NCBI GenBank assembly: GCA_964016885.1
Contig: OZ024747.1
Span: 16,368,001-16,432,000 of the forward strand
Length of the DNA: 64,000 nucleotides
Direction: 5' to 3'
Source: Eledone cirrhosa
Lineage: Eukaryota
The notes beneath the pieces were generated by a model. It did no database searches, was not told the DNA's origin, and was given only the letters and a program-made list of their open reading frames with translations. The position numbers were made by a program, and so were the translations under genes. Of the stretch, positions 58,501 through 64,000 are shown one piece after another (position 1 is the stretch's first letter; each line of letters opens with the position of its first letter).

Positions 58501-60415
58501 TTTTGTGTACTCTTGACTTGATAATTGATGTAATTTTATTCTGTTAATACGCACTTCCTGTGCATGCATGTTATTTCCTTGCTGTTGAGGAAATGATTTT
58601 TATATAACACAATATTTAGTGTCTCCGTTTCTAGGTGATTTCTGGGATTGTTGACACTCTTATATAGTTGAATAATCATTATAATATTCTGTTATATATA
58701 CTTGTTCTGTTTTGTAATGTTAGAATATAGATGGTACATTTTGCAATGACTTCATTACATTGGTTTTAAAATAATGAACGTCAGATTATTTAATTTTATG
58801 TTAAAAAACAACACGTTCATTGTATTTTGATTTTAGGAAAGGTTTAATATATTTCCCTTATGTTTGATATTGTTCTAGTTTATATATATTTTATTTTAAA
58901 TAGATTTTATTATAGTATATGTTAGTCTTGTGAAACATTATATATTAGCAAGTTGTTGCTTATGTTTGGAATGTGAAACAGTTGTTGTAACATGCTAATA
59001 CATATTCGCGACACGGTACTGATTATTTCCCGTACAGTGTGGTAGATCAGCAACTAAATCACATATGGCTAATCTAATGATAGAAACATGTGTTTTAATA
59101 TATAAATAGATATATCCTAATATGTACATTTCGACTTTCAGTGCGATGCAACTTAGTTGCATGATGCAGTAGTAAATACAATTAAACCCAACATTACCTT
59201 GATTAAACAGACCGCGACTATTAATATATTTACATAATATATTATCTAATATATGTTTACATTCAATAATAAAAATCGTTAAAATCAAGACTCTGCAAAT
59301 GTTAATGTTATTTTGCTGTTTGGGGGTGCGAGACAAAATATAACTGATTAAACTAATATTATCAACTGTGGTCGTTAAGTATACACATAGAATAATTAAC
59401 CTCCACGTCAACTGTATTATGCAAAGCAGTTATCAACTAATAGCCTTTAATTAACGGGTTGCGAAAGTAAATCCGAATTCCATATGCTGATAGAAAGTGT
59501 AAATGATCAATGCTATATTCAGCTTCGAATAAAAACATGATATATGTAAATATTTCTAAAACTGATGCTGCATTGAAATAATTAACAGCAGATAATATGT
59601 GTATTTTAAATTTGCATATGAAACTAATAATCCAAAACATGTTATTCAGAAGTACAAATTATTGAGAACACATTACTCTATAAAGCTAGATGATAAAATC
59701 CTATTCAGGTTAGCACGCATCATTAAGGTTGATGTATTCTCTTCGCCGATGTTGCGATCGTATATTTATGTAGCGGACATCTACATAGTAGCAAATACCA
59801 TAGCTTTCCCCTATGTATATACGAATTATCTGAAACCAATTCAGGATTTCTTGAGATTAACACTTTTCTTTGTGTTCACATCTTCCAATTACCACTAGCT
59901 TTTTCTGAACTTTCTCTAGCAAATTTCGATTCATTTAGAAATAATCCGTATGACATTCACTGCAGTACTACCAGCCATAATTATTTAAACAGCGACAGTG
60001 ACACCCTTGAGTTGCTTCACTTAGCTTACATTATCAAATATGCAACGCATACTCACACACATTTTTTAATATCGATTTTATAACTGTATATTCACTAATC
60101 AAAGCTGGCTGGAGAAGCTTTGCTGACAATTTATGATACAAAATAAAAAAAAAACATATCCTTATGTGTCATTGCCTTCTAACAAGATCAGCAACTCTCC
60201 TTTACAATGTAAGGGTCTCTATCAATAGAGGGCACAATTTTGTTTTGTATCTTCAAATCAGAAGCATATGTCCGTTTATTTGTTCATTTAGAATGTTGTG
60301 CGTTCGTTATTCATGATACGCATTTCATTGTGTTATCTACGCTGCCCGTCATACTTCCATATTTTGTACCGATTGTGTTGTTACTTCTGTTTACCTTTTA
60401 CACACACACACACGC

Positions 60416-60478
<63 letters not shown>

Positions 60479-61662
60479 ATGCTGCTTCTGTAAATCGTGG
60501 TCACTTGTACAACACACTATATTATTCGAGTTATCTTGTTTTTTTATGATTATGATTGCATGGTTTGCTTAGCAGAACTAAGAAAGTTTCACTTAAGACG
60601 TATAATTATTGATTATATCATGTCGTTAGCATTTGATTTCAGTCATATTCAGTTAATAATTCTAGCAGATTTAGCAAGAGACTAAAGCCTCTCCATTAAA
60701 TAGATTCGACCATTTTGAGATTAGGTGCATTGTGTCCGAACAATAGATCTTTACTGCTTGAAAATAGCTGTAAATTATGGTTTTTACCAGCGGTTTATAG
60801 TAATTTTTGAATCCGAAATCACACTTATTTTTGCTTTTTCTTTCCCGTTTAAAAGCCGCACATTGAAGATTGTTGTAATAATTTAACGCCTTAAAACTAA
60901 AAACGTAGAAGTCACAAGCCACAGAGAAAGCCATTTACGGGTCATTCGACCTGATGCAAAATGATAACAAAATCTACTTCCAATTCCATCCTAAAAAAAA
61001 TTTAACCCAACATATACAATGCCTGAAACAATTAAGGATATTAAGGAGAGGACCAAACATTGAAATACACATTGAATGATATAAAATACCATTGGTTAAG
61101 AAACAATATGGAAAGCAACATTTGGCAAACAGAGTAAAACGTTTATATTGATATTATTCAACAATTCACTGAAATATGTTCAAAATAAATGAAAAGGAAT
61201 AATGAAAAATCACATATACTATGAAACACAGGTGTGGAATTACGTGACCATTTATGAAAACTCATTAGTTACGACTTTACATTTGACACCTGGTGAGATC
61301 CTTGATTTCTTTCATTAATCTTTACAATTTGAGGTAGCTAATACCAGGTAATTAGATTGGCACCAGGCTGTGTCTGTAACAACGAACTTTAAGTCGCTTT
61401 TCAATTAAATCAATGGTTCAGGTGCCGTACACTACAGCATAACACCAAGTATGGTGGATGTCTTTCCTTTGCTTCTACTTTCTAATGGATTCGGCCCCAA
61501 AACATCGGTCCTGTGTACGAGCTTTTGATCTTGGTCATATATGCATAATGGTTGTGCAGCATTAAATGCATTAAGTGCACCTGCTGATGCTGATGCTGAT
61601 GGTTATGATGATTATAATTATGATTATGATGATCACGATAATCATGAGGAATATGACAATCA

Positions 61663-61872
61663 ATAATGGTTTCTTATATAGGCACAAGGCCAGCAATCTT
61701 TGGGGAGGAGAAAGTCGATTCATTCGATTCCAGTGCGGAACTTGTACTTTATTTTATCGACTCTGTAAGGATGAAAGGCAAAGTTAACCTCGGCAGGATG
61801 TGAACTCAGATCATAAAGGGCCGTAATTCAATGCTGCAAAGCATGGCGATCGACCCTCTACCAATACTGCCC
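61663..61872 (-). mobile_element. SINE
   Basis: Reverse complement of the tail, core, B-box and A-box. Confidence 0.82.
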
Positions 61873-64000
61873 CCCCCCCCTAATATGACAATAAATAATG
61901 ACGGTTGTATTGCTATTGTAGTTATGGAGATGGTGGTGGTGATGATGATGATGATGATGATGATGAGGATGATGATTATAACGATGTTGATGATGACGAT
62001 TATGATAAGCGCAGCTGTTGGTGATATTAAGTGCAACAGTAATGACGTTGATGCATAGACTATCTAGTTTAAATGGCTGGAAAACTTAATTTTTCTTTAT
62101 TTTCCCCACCAAATGAGGAGACAACAATCTGAAGGAAATCAATAACACAAAAATATAAATAAATAAATAAATAAGTAAATAAAACATGAAGAAAGAAATA
62201 AAGCATGGCATCACCCTGTCGAGTGGAACACGTAATAGAGCAATACAGTAATCCATAATATGTTTTTTAAAAATAGAAAAATACCTTCCAATAAAATGTT
62301 TCTTCTTTTTTTCTTGTCAGGCGAACAAATAACAGACAGTATCAAATCAGTACGAAGAACAAATGTTTGGGGCATTTCTTAATCTGATACAGGGGCCGAA
62401 AGCGCAAGAAGAAGCCAAATGGGTTTTAACTGCGCAACGTATTTTAAAGTAAGGGAAATTAAGAATCTCAATTTGTATCTCATAATATAGGATGTTGTTG
62501 AAGTCAAACTTTGTAGACAACGTGTTAATTCTTTAACATACCCAAACACATATATTGCACTCTAATATGATAGAGCGCCCTAGCTTAAGTACTCGGTGTA
62601 GTAAAAGTATAGATAGTACATTTGATCATCTTCAAATAAGAGAGGTTACAGCTGAATCATTTCAAATTAAGGATATCCCCTATTTGAATTGATTGGCTTT
62701 TAATACCTAAATCATATATTTTGTAATTATGAAATATATTAATATATGTATTATATTTAATGTATAACATGAATGCCATGCATCATACCTGATCATCTAG
62801 CTAAATATAAGGCCACTATAAATCATTAGATAATATCACGTAGTATACTGATTATAAAGAATGTCTGTCATCGGAGTTGTTGATGTTTAACCTCCGATCA
62901 ACACTGATGGATCACATATCTGATAGAATCAATTCTCGTGCTGACCCTCCAGTCAACATCGGAGTCTATAGAAATAAACTACGCTTGTGTACCCATATTT
63001 ATTTAAGATGACGGTTTGTGCTTTGTGGAATATATTATGATGAGCATGCAGAGAGCACTGTAATATCTTGAATTGTAGAAATTGTTCCAGATTTGCAGAT
63101 ACAGAACAGGAACAAACATATCTTGTGTTTTGATAATGCGGCGTGTATCATTCATCTTATTCCATATTTTTGTATTCAAAGTTTCTAAATGAATGTGTAA
63201 AAACAATTAATCTTCGACTTTATATTAAACTCTTCAACCAGAAACATTTACTAGCATTAAGTTTGATTTATACTTTCGATTTACACGAGAGAAATGTTTT
63301 TGTTTCAGTTTCTTCTTGTGCCAAAATGGATTATTTTCTTTCATTTATACTGCAGTTTCAAAGACAAGAACTCTACAAAAGTACGTAGGCTCACCTAAAT
63401 GAAAAACTGGTTAATCTTTTTTTTTAGTATTTTTACTTTGAGTGGACAATAATATGAAGTGCGCCAATAGTGTAAGAATATATATATTAGTCAATATTAG
63501 TATTGTGAAGCGCAATGGAGATATTTCACAACCACTATCATCCACTATATGAGAGCTTGTACTGTTGGAAATACCAAGCAGATCTCTCCCCATTTGTCTC
63601 TCAATGTATTAGATAAGTAACGAAATAGCCTACAGTCCTAGGTCTGCTTGATCTGTATTGACAGGACGTATACATTATATATATTTTTAATGTGGGAAAT
63701 GTTTGTATTTAATGCATTAGGGTAGTGGTGGAACAATAACGTGGCATAAGCAGTGCACTAAATATCTCACGGCATATACAAGCCTGTATTGACATATTTT
63801 CGTAATGCACGAGATCCAACAGTGCGAGTCATTACATTCGACTATATCATTTCCCTAAAGTTTGTCGTCATCAGTTAATAATATATTACTTTATTTGTTA
63901 TAACTTCAGGGCTACATATTCCTATATTTGAACATTACGTTAAAGATAACACTCCGCTAAATCATTGCTTCTTTGTTGCACCTGCCTCTTCCAAATAGGG

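Overview
AT-rich, microsatellite-dense eukaryotic non-coding DNA with no credible host gene. The SINE family and repeat landscape suggest an octopod cephalopod intron or intergenic region (inference). Nearly all listed ORFs are translations of (TA)n, (CA)n or trinucleotide repeats. Real coding remnants are Penelope-like element (PLE) GIY-YIG endonuclease fragments (7.6-8.7 kb as an inverted pair; 10.8-11.6 kb), a Dong/R4-type non-LTR retrotransposon 3' fragment (13.3-14.05 kb) and RTE LINE ends. About 15 copies or fragments of a tRNA-derived SINE are present. The main hidden signal, folded by eye, is about 20 type I hammerhead ribozyme (HHR) motifs (CUGANGA - stem II - GAAA - short, mostly palindromic stem III - NUH - stem I) from at least 8 unrelated sequence families, concentrated in the first 38 kb. 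They sit mostly in fold-back palindromes next to (TA)n tracts. One sits in a 346-bp direct repeat with a 485-nt cleavage-to-cleavage period, which is retrozyme-like.
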